The notes under the pieces are model-generated. The model made no database searches. It worked only from the letters and a program-made list of their open reading frames with translations, and was not told where the DNA came from. From positions 1 through 31,489 of the IMG/VR virus record IMGVR_UViG_3300029258_002129: a stretch of 31,489 nt of DNA. One strand, 5' to 3'. Source of the stretch: a virus. Its lineage: Duplodnaviria > Caudoviricetes. Below, in pieces: positions 17,034 to 26,373 of the stretch. The first letter of the stretch is position 1, and each line of letters starts with the position of its first letter. The position numbers and the translations under genes were made by a program.

Positions 17034-19414
17034 GCATCACCATCACATTCACCAACCCTGAGGAGAACTACAACGGTGGCGGCGGCTGCTCGGCAGCGGT
17101 GCCGGTGGCCACTCTGGAGCCGGTCTACGAGCTGGGAGTGGTCAGCAGCTGTACTCTGACGATCGCGCACGACGTCAGCAGCAAATACGGGCTGGAGACG
17201 GACGATGCGAATAACCCGTGCCAGGTCAACAGCACGGCGCTGGTAGCTGTCGACGGGAGCACCGTGCTCCGCGGCCGCGTGGCCGACAAGCCGAAGCACG
17301 TGCGAGTCGTCAACGATCAGCGGAACACCGTCACGTACCTCTCCGTGAAGCTGGAGGGCAACGAAGCCGCGCTACTCGATGCGGTCTGCCCCGATGCCAG
17401 CGGCAACGAGAGCTGGACCATGGCGACGGACACCTATCAGGTGGGCGCCGCCGGCGCCATGCCGCTTAAGGCCAGCAGCAGCTACGGCACCTTCGCCAGC
17501 GATACGCTGTGGCCTGATCCCGCCGACGCCGAGGGTGCGAAGTGCTACATCAGCGACGCCAAGAGCCCGTCAGATACGATCAACGCGCAGATTCTGATCG
17601 GCGCGGCCTGCCCGTTCTACATCGAGTTCACGGCGACCGACCAGGGCTTCCCGCCGCAGTTCTGGCTGAAGATCAACGCCGAGTGGTTCTACTGCGAGGG
17701 CTACGACGCGACGGGCGGCGGCGGGCGGTACCGCACGCAGGCCATTGCCCGCGCGGAGCTGGGTACCGCTGCGGCCGGTCACGCCGCCAACGACACCGCC
17801 TACGCGAAGGTCGCTAAGAAGATCGGCCCGCAGACACCGGTGCTCTACCGCGATGATGGCGGCGGTGCCGTCAAGATGCGGTACGACAAGGACTACAAGG
17901 TTCTCACGGGATACGGCTGCTTCGTGCTGGTGGGCCTTGATGCCGGCGCGGATACCTTCACCGGCACATACAGCGTGTACGACGAGGATAAGTCCCTGGA
18001 CGCGGGTAGCAACGTGGTCTATCTGGAGGATGTGGTCCAGGTGCTTGTCACCGGCCCGGCTGCCTACGGCGGCGCGGGCTTCGCGGCGGGCGACTGCGAC
18101 TTCGACGCGCTGGAGATCGGCATCACGCGGATCGACTACGACCCGGAGAAGTGGCCGCAGACGCCGTGGAACGCAATCCAGCATCTGATCCGGCTGCTCA
18201 AGCTTGAGGATGAGATCGGCTTCTGGTTCAAGCACTCGACGGGCAAGTTCCGGCTGGCGCAGATCGGCAATGCCGGTGCACCTGATCTGACCATCACCGG
18301 CGGTATCCAGCAGGTGCAGGCGGACATGAGCCTGCGCGATGTGTACTCAGCTGTTCGGGTCGCCTACACGTACGACCAGGACCCGAACCTGATCAAGCAG
18401 GAGCATAGCTACCACTGCGAGCCGGCGGCGGCAGGGGCGCAACCGGACCGCTGGCTCAAGGTCACCGCTGGCGGTGAGGACTGGCATACGGATGAGTATG
18501 TGGAGTACGCAACCGGTGATCCCGCAGATACGGACTTCGGCGTGGACATGCTCACGGATGGCAAGAACGAGACCAAGCTGATGGCCGACTACGAGCACGA
18601 CCCAGGCGGGGAGTTCGACTTCTGCCACTTCTGGTTCGGCGACGGGGCGCCGACGATTCGCCTGGACTACCTCGATCTGTGGGTCAATGCGTACCGCGCG
18701 ATTACCAGCGACCGCAGCACCCGCAACGACGAGGGTGAGTTCGTGGTCCGCGTCGACGGCTGTGCTGACTACGATACCGCCACGCATGCACCGACAAGCG
18801 GCGTCTGGTACGAGCTGGGCGGCGCGATCATGGGCGTGCCGTCGCGCGATGGGACGGCGGTCGAGCTGGAGATGAGCAGCTTCATCGTTCGCCAGGTCAA
18901 CGCGATCCGGATTGTGTTCGAGTACATGGCCGGACCGGTCGACGGCGGCGACCAGTACTGGGCCTGCGTGCACCAGCTGATCGTGCAGGGCAACGTGACG
19001 AAGTATGCGCTGGTGCAGACGACGGATAACGCCGCGCTCAAGACAGAGCCGGAGTACATCTACAACGTTGGCGCCCATACGAAACTGCGCGGGGGGATCA
19101 ACTCCAGCGGCAGCGCCGGCTGCCCGCGGGTGAAGTCCATCAAGAACATCGGCCCGGCCAGCGACGCGGCGGCACTGACCATCGGACGCGCCTACCTGCG
19201 CAACGCGCTGAAGCTGTACAGCATGCGGCAGTATCGCGGCTCCGGAGCGCTGAGCGCGTGGCCTGAGCTGGGCGACACGATTGCGATTGACGAGGACAGC
19301 AGCGGCGCCGCGGACTACACCGGCGTCTGCCGGATGTTCAAGCCGACGATCCGGCCCGGCAAGCGCACCTACCAGCTGCGGGTGCTCGACTACGACGCGA
19401 GTGACATCGAATGA
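17030..19414 (+). CDS. Putative tail hub/Tal-like baseplate protein
   Basis: 794 aa. N-terminal CTLTI...VLRGRV, central YSAVRVAY and C-terminal PELGDTIAI resemble hub proteins; internal ARAELGTAAAGHAAND repeat-like motif. Confidence 0.65.
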   Translation: MSITITFTNPEENYNGGGGCSAAVPVATLEPVYELGVVSSCTLTIAHDVSSKYGLETDDANNPCQVNSTALVAVDGSTVLRGRVADKPKHVRVVNDQRNTVTYLSVKLEGNEAALLDAVCPDASGNESWTMATDTYQVGAAGAMPLKASSSYGTFASDTLWPDPADAEGAKCYISDAKSPSDTINAQILIGAACPFYIEFTATDQGFPPQFWLKINAEWFYCEGYDATGGGGRYRTQAIARAELGTAAAGHAANDTAYAKVAKKIGPQTPVLYRDDGGGAVKMRYDKDYKVLTGYGCFVLVGLDAGADTFTGTYSVYDEDKSLDAGSNVVYLEDVVQVLVTGPAAYGGAGFAAGDCDFDALEIGITRIDYDPEKWPQTPWNAIQHLIRLLKLEDEIGFWFKHSTGKFRLAQIGNAGAPDLTITGGIQQVQADMSLRDVYSAVRVAYTYDQDPNLIKQEHSYHCEPAAAGAQPDRWLKVTAGGEDWHTDEYVEYATGDPADTDFGVDMLTDGKNETKLMADYEHDPGGEFDFCHFWFGDGAPTIRLDYLDLWVNAYRAITSDRSTRNDEGEFVVRVDGCADYDTATHAPTSGVWYELGGAIMGVPSRDGTAVELEMSSFIVRQVNAIRIVFEYMAGPVDGGDQYWACVHQLIVQGNVTKYALVQTTDNAALKTEPEYIYNVGAHTKLRGGINSSGSAGCPRVKSIKNIGPASDAAALTIGRAYLRNALKLYSMRQYRGSGALSAWPELGDTIAIDEDSSGAADYTGVCRMFKPTIRPGKRTYQLRVLDYDASDIE

Positions 19415-19917
19415 CCCAGGACAGCAAGATCAAGCGGGTGAAGCGGCCGGCGGCCGAGATACTGGCGCTGCTCAAGCAGGGCCAGGACTACGAGGCTACC
19501 GAGCTGGCGGACGTGAGCGCCGGTACTGTGGTCTACGCTGACAATGAGCCGGGCGGCGGCGGCGGCGCGGAGATGAGCCAGATTAAGCAGAGCTGCGCCG
19601 ACAACGCGACGACCGACATCATCCTGGGCAGCTCCAGCCTGATTATCGCGGCGCTGCTGATCTACCGCGGCCACACGGACAACGCCGGTACGGAGTACTT
19701 CGAAAGCGGCTTCTGTGTGGTGTGGCATGACGGCACCAACGGCGAGGTGGTCGGGCCGTACCGCAACTACACGGACGCCGGCTACTGCCTGGACGATGAC
19801 GCGCCGATCGCGGCCGATCTCAACGGCGGCAACCTGCGGATCAACGTGACTACTAAGAATCGGGGCGCGGCCTGCGACTTCCGCGCGACTTTCATCATCG
19901 TGGAGGCTCAAGCATGA
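19411..19917 (+). CDS. Putative tail-tip structural protein
   Basis: ATGA-coupled on both sides; GGGGG linker then a beta-rich domain. Confidence 0.55.
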   Translation: MTQDSKIKRVKRPAAEILALLKQGQDYEATELADVSAGTVVYADNEPGGGGGAEMSQIKQSCADNATTDIILGSSSLIIAALLIYRGHTDNAGTEYFESGFCVVWHDGTNGEVVGPYRNYTDAGYCLDDDAPIAADLNGGNLRINVTTKNRGAACDFRATFIIVEAQA

Positions 19918-21827
19918 GACTGCTAACCCTTATGATCGCGCTCACGGCGCTGTGGCTGAGCTGCGCTTGGGCTGGCGAGAATCGTATCCAGGGCGATCCG
20001 GTGGTCATCGGTCAGGGCAACATCGAGCTGGGCGACAGCGACACCGCTGGCACCTGTAAGTGGTTCGACGTTGACGGCGCGTGGTTCAAGATCACCGCCG
20101 CCGACATGGCCGCTAACTTCACCTATGTCTGGCCAGTAGACGACGGCGACGCCGACGAGGTGCTCCAGACGGACGGCGCCGGCATTCTGACGTGGGCCGA
20201 TGTATCCGCCGCGCTGGAGGACGGAACGGCTGACGGCCAGATGCTCTTCTGGGATACGGACACATGGAAGCACACGGAAGTGGGCGAGCTGGTCTGGGAT
20301 GACACTAACAAGTGGATGGGCATTGGGCAGGACACGCCGCTCAGCCCGCTGCACGTCCGCGATGCGGCGAGCAACGATCTGGCGATGCTGGAGTATGACA
20401 ACAACGGCGCCAGCGGCCCGAAGCTGGAGTTCTACCTGAACTCCGACACGCCAGCCGACAACGATGTGGTCGGCGTGCTGGAATTCAGCGGCGAGGACTC
20501 CAACAGCGACATCGAGGACTATGTGCGCATCACCGCCTACGCCGAGGACGTGACGCACGATGCGGAGGACGGCGGGCTGGCCATCGAGGTGCAGGTGGGC
20601 AGCACGCTGCAGAACGTCTGGGACTGCTGGCCGGACGAGGTGCTGATTAACGGCGACGGCGTGGACATCGACTTCACCGTCGAGGGCGAGAACGATACCA
20701 ACCTGCTGTGTACGGACGCCGCGAACGACCGTATCGGCGTCAGCGACTCAACGCCGGACGCGCTGGTGGACATCGACGGCAACGACACGACGGCGGACCC
20801 GACGCTGCTGGTCGAGCGCGACCTAGCCAGCGGCAGCACGGACAGCCCGGTAGTAACGATCCACCAAGACAACGCGGGGGATGACCAAGACGCGCTCAGC
20901 GTACAGCAGGACTGCGACGCCGACGCCGTTGTTGCCGTTGCGCAAGCGGGGGAAGCGTTCTCGGGGCTCAGCACGGATGGCTACGCCGTGCTTGGTTGGA
21001 GCATCAATGACGATGGAATAGTTGGCTCGTCAACGAGCGCGGCAAACGACGACTACTCCATTAAGGCACTGGAACACACCTACCTCGCCAACTACGCCGA
21101 CTACTACACGGCGCACGCCCTCGCCCCCATGACGGCCCCACCAGCCGATACGCTGCGCACCTACGCGGACACGACCCTGACCAGCCGCCTCTACGCGAAA
21201 GACTCCAGTAGTAACGAGATTGACCTGAGCATTCAGTCTGACCACGTATTCCAAGGCCAGTGGCTCGCGGACACTGAGGATGAGACGTGGGAGGACGCCG
21301 CGCAAGACCTCATCGCCTGCGAAGCGACGGCCAGCCGCAAGTATGACTTCGACTTTGTGAACATGCAGCAGGACGCGAGCTATGGGCAGTGGGTGTGGGA
21401 CGCGGTGCGGGCGCAGATGGCGCTGAACTGGGCGCAGTGCCAGTTTGCCACCGGCGGGCAGATCGACTACAACGGCTGCACGGACCTCACGCTGCGGGCG
21501 CTGGTCTGGGTCAACTGCGCGACGGCCGAGGGCGCGGCACCCGGCGGCACGTACTGGGACTCGATCAAGTTCTACGTCACGGAATCCAACGGCGAGGACA
21601 ACGACACGGTGAGCGCCGACCTGCAAGGCCAGACGAGCAACGGCGCTTGGACCATCATCGAGGCGGACGTGGATGTAAGCGCGTGGAGCATCGGTGCGGA
21701 GGAGGCGCTGCGCGTCGGGCTGGTGTTCGTTGGCGAGGACGTGGCGGACCCCGGCATGGACCCGCAGACAACGTGGACCTACGAAGTGCGCATCGAGTGG
21801 ATCAAGGTCACGCAGTGGGTGGAGTGA
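19914..21827 (+). CDS. Acidic tail-fibre-like protein with an N-terminal Sec-type signal peptide
   Basis: MRLLTLMIALTALWLSCAWA then GENR. Fibre-type motifs DEVLQTDGAGILTW, LVWDDTNKWMGIG..PLSPLHV and DIDFTVEG..DTNLL..DAANDRIGV. Confidence 0.65.
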   Translation: MRLLTLMIALTALWLSCAWAGENRIQGDPVVIGQGNIELGDSDTAGTCKWFDVDGAWFKITAADMAANFTYVWPVDDGDADEVLQTDGAGILTWADVSAALEDGTADGQMLFWDTDTWKHTEVGELVWDDTNKWMGIGQDTPLSPLHVRDAASNDLAMLEYDNNGASGPKLEFYLNSDTPADNDVVGVLEFSGEDSNSDIEDYVRITAYAEDVTHDAEDGGLAIEVQVGSTLQNVWDCWPDEVLINGDGVDIDFTVEGENDTNLLCTDAANDRIGVSDSTPDALVDIDGNDTTADPTLLVERDLASGSTDSPVVTIHQDNAGDDQDALSVQQDCDADAVVAVAQAGEAFSGLSTDGYAVLGWSINDDGIVGSSTSAANDDYSIKALEHTYLANYADYYTAHALAPMTAPPADTLRTYADTTLTSRLYAKDSSSNEIDLSIQSDHVFQGQWLADTEDETWEDAAQDLIACEATASRKYDFDFVNMQQDASYGQWVWDAVRAQMALNWAQCQFATGGQIDYNGCTDLTLRALVWVNCATAEGAAPGGTYWDSIKFYVTESNGEDNDTVSADLQGQTSNGAWTIIEADVDVSAWSIGAEEALRVGLVFVGEDVADPGMDPQTTWTYEVRIEWIKVTQWVE

Positions 21828-21843
21828 GCAGGAGGGCTAAGCG

Positions 21844-22149
21844 ATGACGGCAGCAGGCAGTAGTCACGAGCACCCGGAGCTGGAGCGTCGGATCGGCGAG
21901 CTGCGCGAGGATCAGCAGCGCGACCGCGACAACCTGTTCAAGATCGCGAACGACACACGGGAGCGAGTGGCGAGTGTCGAGACCAAGGTCGATCTGATGC
22001 ATGGCGATCTCAAGTCCCTCGCTAGTGACGTGCGCAATGGCAAGACCCGCCGCGGCGACAGCTGGCAGCGGGCGACTTGGACGGTGATCGTGCTGGCGAT
22101 CACGATCCTGCTGGCGGTCATCGGCTGGACGGTGGCGATCGCCAAATGA
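21844..22149 (+). CDS. Coiled-coil protein with one C-terminal TM helix (XhlA/holin-like)
   Basis: GGAGG RBS; ERVASVETKVDLMHGDLKSL coiled coil; TM segment WTVIVLAITILLAVIGWTVAIA. Confidence 0.65.
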   Translation: MTAAGSSHEHPELERRIGELREDQQRDRDNLFKIANDTRERVASVETKVDLMHGDLKSLASDVRNGKTRRGDSWQRATWTVIVLAITILLAVIGWTVAIAK

Positions 22150-22203
22150 AGTGTGCAAATAGTGTGACGGATTCTGTGACTGAATCCGTGAAGGAGCAAT
22201 CGT

Positions 22204-22797
22204 ATGCGAGTGTTTGTTGTAGCGATCATGGCCCTGCTGGTGGGAGTGCTGGCGGGCTGTGACAAGAACGACCGCGGCAAGCTGGAGCAGCTGGCGGCAG
22301 CGCTAGCGCCCACACTGATCGGCGAGGCCGAGGACTTCCTTAACAGCGGCCAGTGCCGCGACGCGCTCGGAACCGAGGGCCACGACCTGGCACTACTGGC
22401 AGCCAACTATCTCACGCCGCGGCTGCTCAACAAGGCATCGGAGCTGGCGGCCGGCGAAACGCCGATCAGCCTGGGCCACGACTGGATCAGCCGCGAGTAC
22501 CCTACCGTCGGCGCGATGATCTACCGCGTCAACGACTACGGGATCGCAGAGGGTCTATGGCCGCGGCTGGAGGTCTGGCTGCGCGACAAGGGCTACCTGG
22601 GCGAAACGACGTTATATCAGGCTGTCACCGGGGAGTACATCAGCTTCCGCGTCGAGTTCAGCGACGATGACCTGGAGGAGCTGGCCGAGCTGGCACCGCG
22701 CGCGATCATCGAGGAGTACTATGCCGTCAAGTACGCGGCCAAGGCCGCTGAGCCGCCAGTGGATACCAGCGAGGGCATCGAAGTAGGGGGTGAGTAG
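22204..22797 (+). CDS. Lipoprotein of unknown function
   Basis: AAGGAG RBS; MRVFVVAIMALLVGVLAG then C, a canonical LAGC lipobox. Confidence 0.8.
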   Translation: MRVFVVAIMALLVGVLAGCDKNDRGKLEQLAAALAPTLIGEAEDFLNSGQCRDALGTEGHDLALLAANYLTPRLLNKASELAAGETPISLGHDWISREYPTVGAMIYRVNDYGIAEGLWPRLEVWLRDKGYLGETTLYQAVTGEYISFRVEFSDDDLEELAELAPRAIIEEYYAVKYAAKAAEPPVDTSEGIEVGGE

Positions 22798-22799
22798 CC

Positions 22800-23414
22800 A
22801 TGGCGACCGCTGCTGACATCCGCGAGGGTGACGTGCTGGCCTTTGGCGGCAATCCGTGCAACATCGGCCACCTGATCATCATGCTGCTTCAGCAGGCGAA
22901 CGGTGGTGACAATGACGGCGCGTGGCGGGCAGTACACGTCGGCATCGTCGTTACGTGGATGGGACGGTTGTTCCTCGCGGAGTTTCTGCTGCTTCGCATC
23001 TTGCCCTGGCCGCGGGGCGGGATGCGGCTGACGCCGCTTGAGCGGCGGTTGGCCGAGTACCCGCATGGGATCGTGCATCTGCCACTGGACGGCGACGCGC
23101 GGGCCCGGCTGGACAGTGACCGCCTGACCGAGATCACCGTCAAATCACAGTCCTTCTACTACAACATCTGGGGCCTCGTATTCGCGGTTCTCCGCTGCTT
23201 CATCGGCTGGCGGCGCCCCGGCAGCTACTTTTGCTCCGAGTGGGTACGCGCCGCGCTCAGCTACGCCCTGGCCTGGAACGGCAGCCGGAAGCTGCTGGTC
23301 CGCCGCGGCGGCAGGCTGATGTTCATCGAGGCGCGCGTGGAGCCCCAGCGATACAGCCCGTGGGATATCTGCCGGGCTCCAGTATTCGGTGATGCGGAGG
23401 TAGTCAGCGCGTAG
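22800..23414 (+). CDS. Permuted papain-like NlpC/P60 amidase (YiiX/YebB-like)
   Basis: IREGDVLAF, HVGI (His before Cys), YN, YFCSEWV, SPWD. Confidence 0.8.
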   Translation: MATAADIREGDVLAFGGNPCNIGHLIIMLLQQANGGDNDGAWRAVHVGIVVTWMGRLFLAEFLLLRILPWPRGGMRLTPLERRLAEYPHGIVHLPLDGDARARLDSDRLTEITVKSQSFYYNIWGLVFAVLRCFIGWRRPGSYFCSEWVRAALSYALAWNGSRKLLVRRGGRLMFIEARVEPQRYSPWDICRAPVFGDAEVVSA

Positions 23415-24664
23415 TGGATCACAGAGCGATAGTCGAGCGGCTTTGCCGCGAGCGGCGCGATCTCGTTAGCCAGGGCTACGACAATGCGCTCGGCTATCTC
23501 TCTGGGCTGCTGCCCGAGCTGGAGATTCACGGCTATCCCAGCGGCACCGAGGTCTGGAACTGGATCATCCCCGATCGCTGGGAAGTGGACGCGGCCTGGG
23601 TGGCGGCGCCGGACGGCCGCCGGATCATCGACATTGACCAGCACGGCCTGCACGTCGCGTCGTACTCTCAGCCGATCCGCCGGCGTGTGAGCCACGGCGA
23701 GCTGATGGCGCATCTGATCACGCGGCCCGATGCAGCGGATGCTGTCCCCTTCGGCTACAGGTACTACCGCGACGACTGGGCCTTCTGCCTTCAGCACAAC
23801 CGCCTGCCGGAGCTGTGCCACGAGTACTACGACGTGCTGATCGACTCGCGCTTCGAGCCCGGCCGGCTCAAGGTCGGCGAGGTCTACCTGCCCGGCGCGG
23901 AGCGCGACGAGATAGTGCTGATCGGCCATCTGTGCCACCCGTTCCAGGCAAATGACAATGCCAGCGGGATCGCCGTCCTGATGGGGCTGGCCGACAAGCT
24001 GCGGAACGCGGTGCACCAGTACAGCTACCGGATCATCCTCTGCCCCGAGACCATCGGCAGCATTGCCTACCTGGCCCACAATGAGCACCTGCTGCATCGG
24101 ATGCGGTACGGCATCGCGCTGGACATGCTGGGCAATTCGAACCGGCTGATCGCGCAGCTGACGCCGGGTGGCAATACGCAGCTGGACAGGGCCGCGGAAC
24201 TGGTGATCGGCGAGTGCGCGCCGTATCGGATGGTCATCGGCAACGACGAGCGGGTGCTTAATAGCGTCGGCGTGCGAGTACCGACGATCAGCATTTCGCG
24301 GGCTGCGCGCTGGGGAGAGACGAGCGAGCTGCCCTTCAGGGGCTACCACAGCAGCATGGACACGCCGGATGCGCTGGACTACGACCTGCTCGCCGAAGCG
24401 CAGGACGCCGTGGAGTGGATTCTGACGCTGCTCGACGTCAACTTCAGTCCGCAGTCGCGCTGCCGCGGGCCGATCATGCTGAGCAGGCACGACCTGTGGA
24501 TCGACCCAGGCGACGACCACGAGCGCGGGATACAGATGCAGATGGTGCTGGACCTGCTCGACGGCAAGCACACGGTAATCGACATCGCCCATCAGGTGGG
24601 CATCGACCCGGCGGAGCTGCTGGCGTGGCTCTACCGCATGCGAGAGAAGGAGTTGATCGGCTAG
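23414..24664 (+). CDS. DUF4910-family aminopeptidase-like polysaccharide biosynthesis protein with C-terminal HTH
   Basis: SGTEVWNWIIP..W, LHVASYSQP, HLCHP.QANDNASG, PETIGSIAYL, DERV, YHSSMDTP; winged-helix end LDGKHTVIDIA. Confidence 0.85.
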   Translation: MDHRAIVERLCRERRDLVSQGYDNALGYLSGLLPELEIHGYPSGTEVWNWIIPDRWEVDAAWVAAPDGRRIIDIDQHGLHVASYSQPIRRRVSHGELMAHLITRPDAADAVPFGYRYYRDDWAFCLQHNRLPELCHEYYDVLIDSRFEPGRLKVGEVYLPGAERDEIVLIGHLCHPFQANDNASGIAVLMGLADKLRNAVHQYSYRIILCPETIGSIAYLAHNEHLLHRMRYGIALDMLGNSNRLIAQLTPGGNTQLDRAAELVIGECAPYRMVIGNDERVLNSVGVRVPTISISRAARWGETSELPFRGYHSSMDTPDALDYDLLAEAQDAVEWILTLLDVNFSPQSRCRGPIMLSRHDLWIDPGDDHERGIQMQMVLDLLDGKHTVIDIAHQVGIDPAELLAWLYRMREKELIG

Positions 24665-24673
24665 GAGGCGCGG

Positions 24674-25027
24674 ATGAAGAAGCTGAAAGATGTACATGAC
24701 GTCGTTTTTATGGAGCAGCGCGACGATGCAGGCAACCTGGTTGAATTGCGGATCAGGGCGGTCAACAGCCGCGAGGGCAGCATTGATCTAGCGCTGCTAT
24801 CCGTGCGTCCAGTCCTTGGAGGCGACGGCCAACCCGCTCTGCAGTTGGACCAGCTGAAACTGCATGATACGGATGTACTTGATCTGCGCGCCGCGCTGAA
24901 TCGGCCAGTTCTGCTGAACGTCCGCCGTGATGAAATCGACGCGGAGTGGCGTCAGCACGAGGAGCTGCTGGCGAAGATGAGGGAAGCGGAGCGGCAATCA
25001 GGGGAGGCGGATACCAGTGGCCGCTGA
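24674..25027 (+). CDS. Hypothetical protein
   Basis: AGGAGG RBS; coupled to both neighbours. Confidence 0.6.
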   Translation: MKKLKDVHDVVFMEQRDDAGNLVELRIRAVNSREGSIDLALLSVRPVLGGDGQPALQLDQLKLHDTDVLDLRAALNRPVLLNVRRDEIDAEWRQHEELLAKMREAERQSGEADTSGR

Positions 25028-25811
25028 CTACCAGAGCCTCTATAACGAGCAGTACTTCGCGGCCTACGTTGATGATCCGGCGCGCGACGAGATGCAGCGG
25101 CAGGAGTTCCACCAGCGGCTTGAGAAGTGGCTTAACGCGTACTGGCAGCCTGCGGTGGATCGGGCGTTGAAGGCCGAGAATGGCAGTGCGGTGATTGGGC
25201 ATGTGCTCGATATCGGTTGCGGCCTGGGCCGATTCCTGGATTGGTACTTCGTGGACGTCAGCCGCTACATCAATGTGGATGATGTAGGTATCGGCGCGAT
25301 TACTGACTTCGTAGGTTGGCACAAGTACGGCATCGAGATCAGCGAGCATGCGCGGGCCATCGCCAACAAGAAGGGCATCCGGTTTCACTGGCTGGAGGGC
25401 AAGCCCGAGCAATTCGACCTGATCATCCTGCGCGGCAGCCTGCAACACCTCGACCGCCCGCTGGATACGCTGCACAACTGCTACGAGTGGCTGAAGCCCG
25501 GCGGGCTGATTGCGCTGCTGGCTACCCCGAACGCGGGCAGCGTGGTCTACCGGCTCTGGGGTAGCATGCCGATGCTGGACCCGGCGCGGAACTTCGTGGT
25601 CTTGAGCGACGCGCAGCTGACGAACTGCCTGAAGCACATCGGCTTTGACGTGCTGGAGGTCCACTATCCGTACAGGGGGACGCCGTATGCGAGGCCGCTG
25701 CGCGACGCCTGGCGGTTTGCGCTGCGGCTGCTGGGTATCCGGCGGCTGCCGTTCGCGTGGCCGCGCAACATGATGGAAGTATACGCCCGCAAGCCGGGCG
25801 GGGAGCAGTGA
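25017..25811 (+). CDS. Class I SAM-dependent methyltransferase
   Basis: Motif I VLDIGCGLGRFL, then YGIEIS, FDLI, LQHL..P and LKPGG. Confidence 0.9.
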   Translation: MAADYQSLYNEQYFAAYVDDPARDEMQRQEFHQRLEKWLNAYWQPAVDRALKAENGSAVIGHVLDIGCGLGRFLDWYFVDVSRYINVDDVGIGAITDFVGWHKYGIEISEHARAIANKKGIRFHWLEGKPEQFDLIILRGSLQHLDRPLDTLHNCYEWLKPGGLIALLATPNAGSVVYRLWGSMPMLDPARNFVVLSDAQLTNCLKHIGFDVLEVHYPYRGTPYARPLRDAWRFALRLLGIRRLPFAWPRNMMEVYARKPGGEQ

Positions 25812-25908
25812 TGCACGAACGTGTCTATTGGTTCATATCTGGTGCCATCCTTGGCGCATTTCTCAGCGGGGTCTATGTGACATGGAGATTGACAGGGGGG
25901 CTCTGGTG

Positions 25909-26040
25909 ATGGATGGGCGCATGTTCGAAGGCGTATTCGTAATGGCGGCGGCCGCGTTGATCGCGATTCCACTTGCCATCTGGAAACTAATCGACATCAT
26001 CATCTGGCTTTGCCAGCATGTGAGTTTTGGCTTTCAATAA
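25909..26040 (+). CDS. Small membrane protein (about 43 aa; start uncertain)
   Basis: Hydrophobic AAAALIAIPLAIWKLIDIIIWL; lies in an AT-richer segment. Confidence 0.55.
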   Translation: MDGRMFEGVFVMAAAALIAIPLAIWKLIDIIIWLCQHVSFGFQ

Positions 26041-26063
26041 TCATCTAAGTATGGAGGTTTCTT

Positions 26064-26330
26064 ATGACCGGTAATATGGTCGGCGAAACACCTTGTTGCA
26101 CCATCGGTGGACCGGACCTTAGCGGGCCCGGTACCGGTGTCATGGTCTCTGGCTCGGTGATCCGTACCCGATATGTGGGCGAAGGAGAGCCGTCGCCTGG
26201 GACCGTACAGACGGTGCAGTACAGCATTGCGCTACTGCAAACGACCAGCATCATTCAGCTCAACCTCCCAGAGCGTGACTGGAATGCTGGTGACATCGTC
26301 AATCTGACGATTGAGAAGCACCAGGAGTAG
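26064..26330 (+). CDS. Hypothetical protein (88 aa, beta-rich)
   Basis: GGAGG RBS before ATG26064; C-terminal WNAGDIVNLTIEK resembles a small beta-barrel. Confidence 0.6.
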   Translation: MTGNMVGETPCCTIGGPDLSGPGTGVMVSGSVIRTRYVGEGEPSPGTVQTVQYSIALLQTTSIIQLNLPERDWNAGDIVNLTIEKHQE

Positions 26331-26373
26331 ATCGTAGGACGGGGTCGGCGGTGGCCGGCCCCGATACCGTCAT

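Noticed and set aside
17030-21827. Diversity-generating retroelement or invertible tail-fibre cassette
   Set aside because: No reverse transcriptase, invertase or template/variable repeat pair is visible in the window.
22146-22262. 38-aa ORF MKCANSVTDSVTESVKEQ...
   Set aside because: No clear RBS and it overlaps the lipoprotein start; the periodicity is better explained as a nucleotide-level repeat.
25889-25920. TTGACA -35 box
   Set aside because: No credible -10 hexamer at 16-18 bp spacing.
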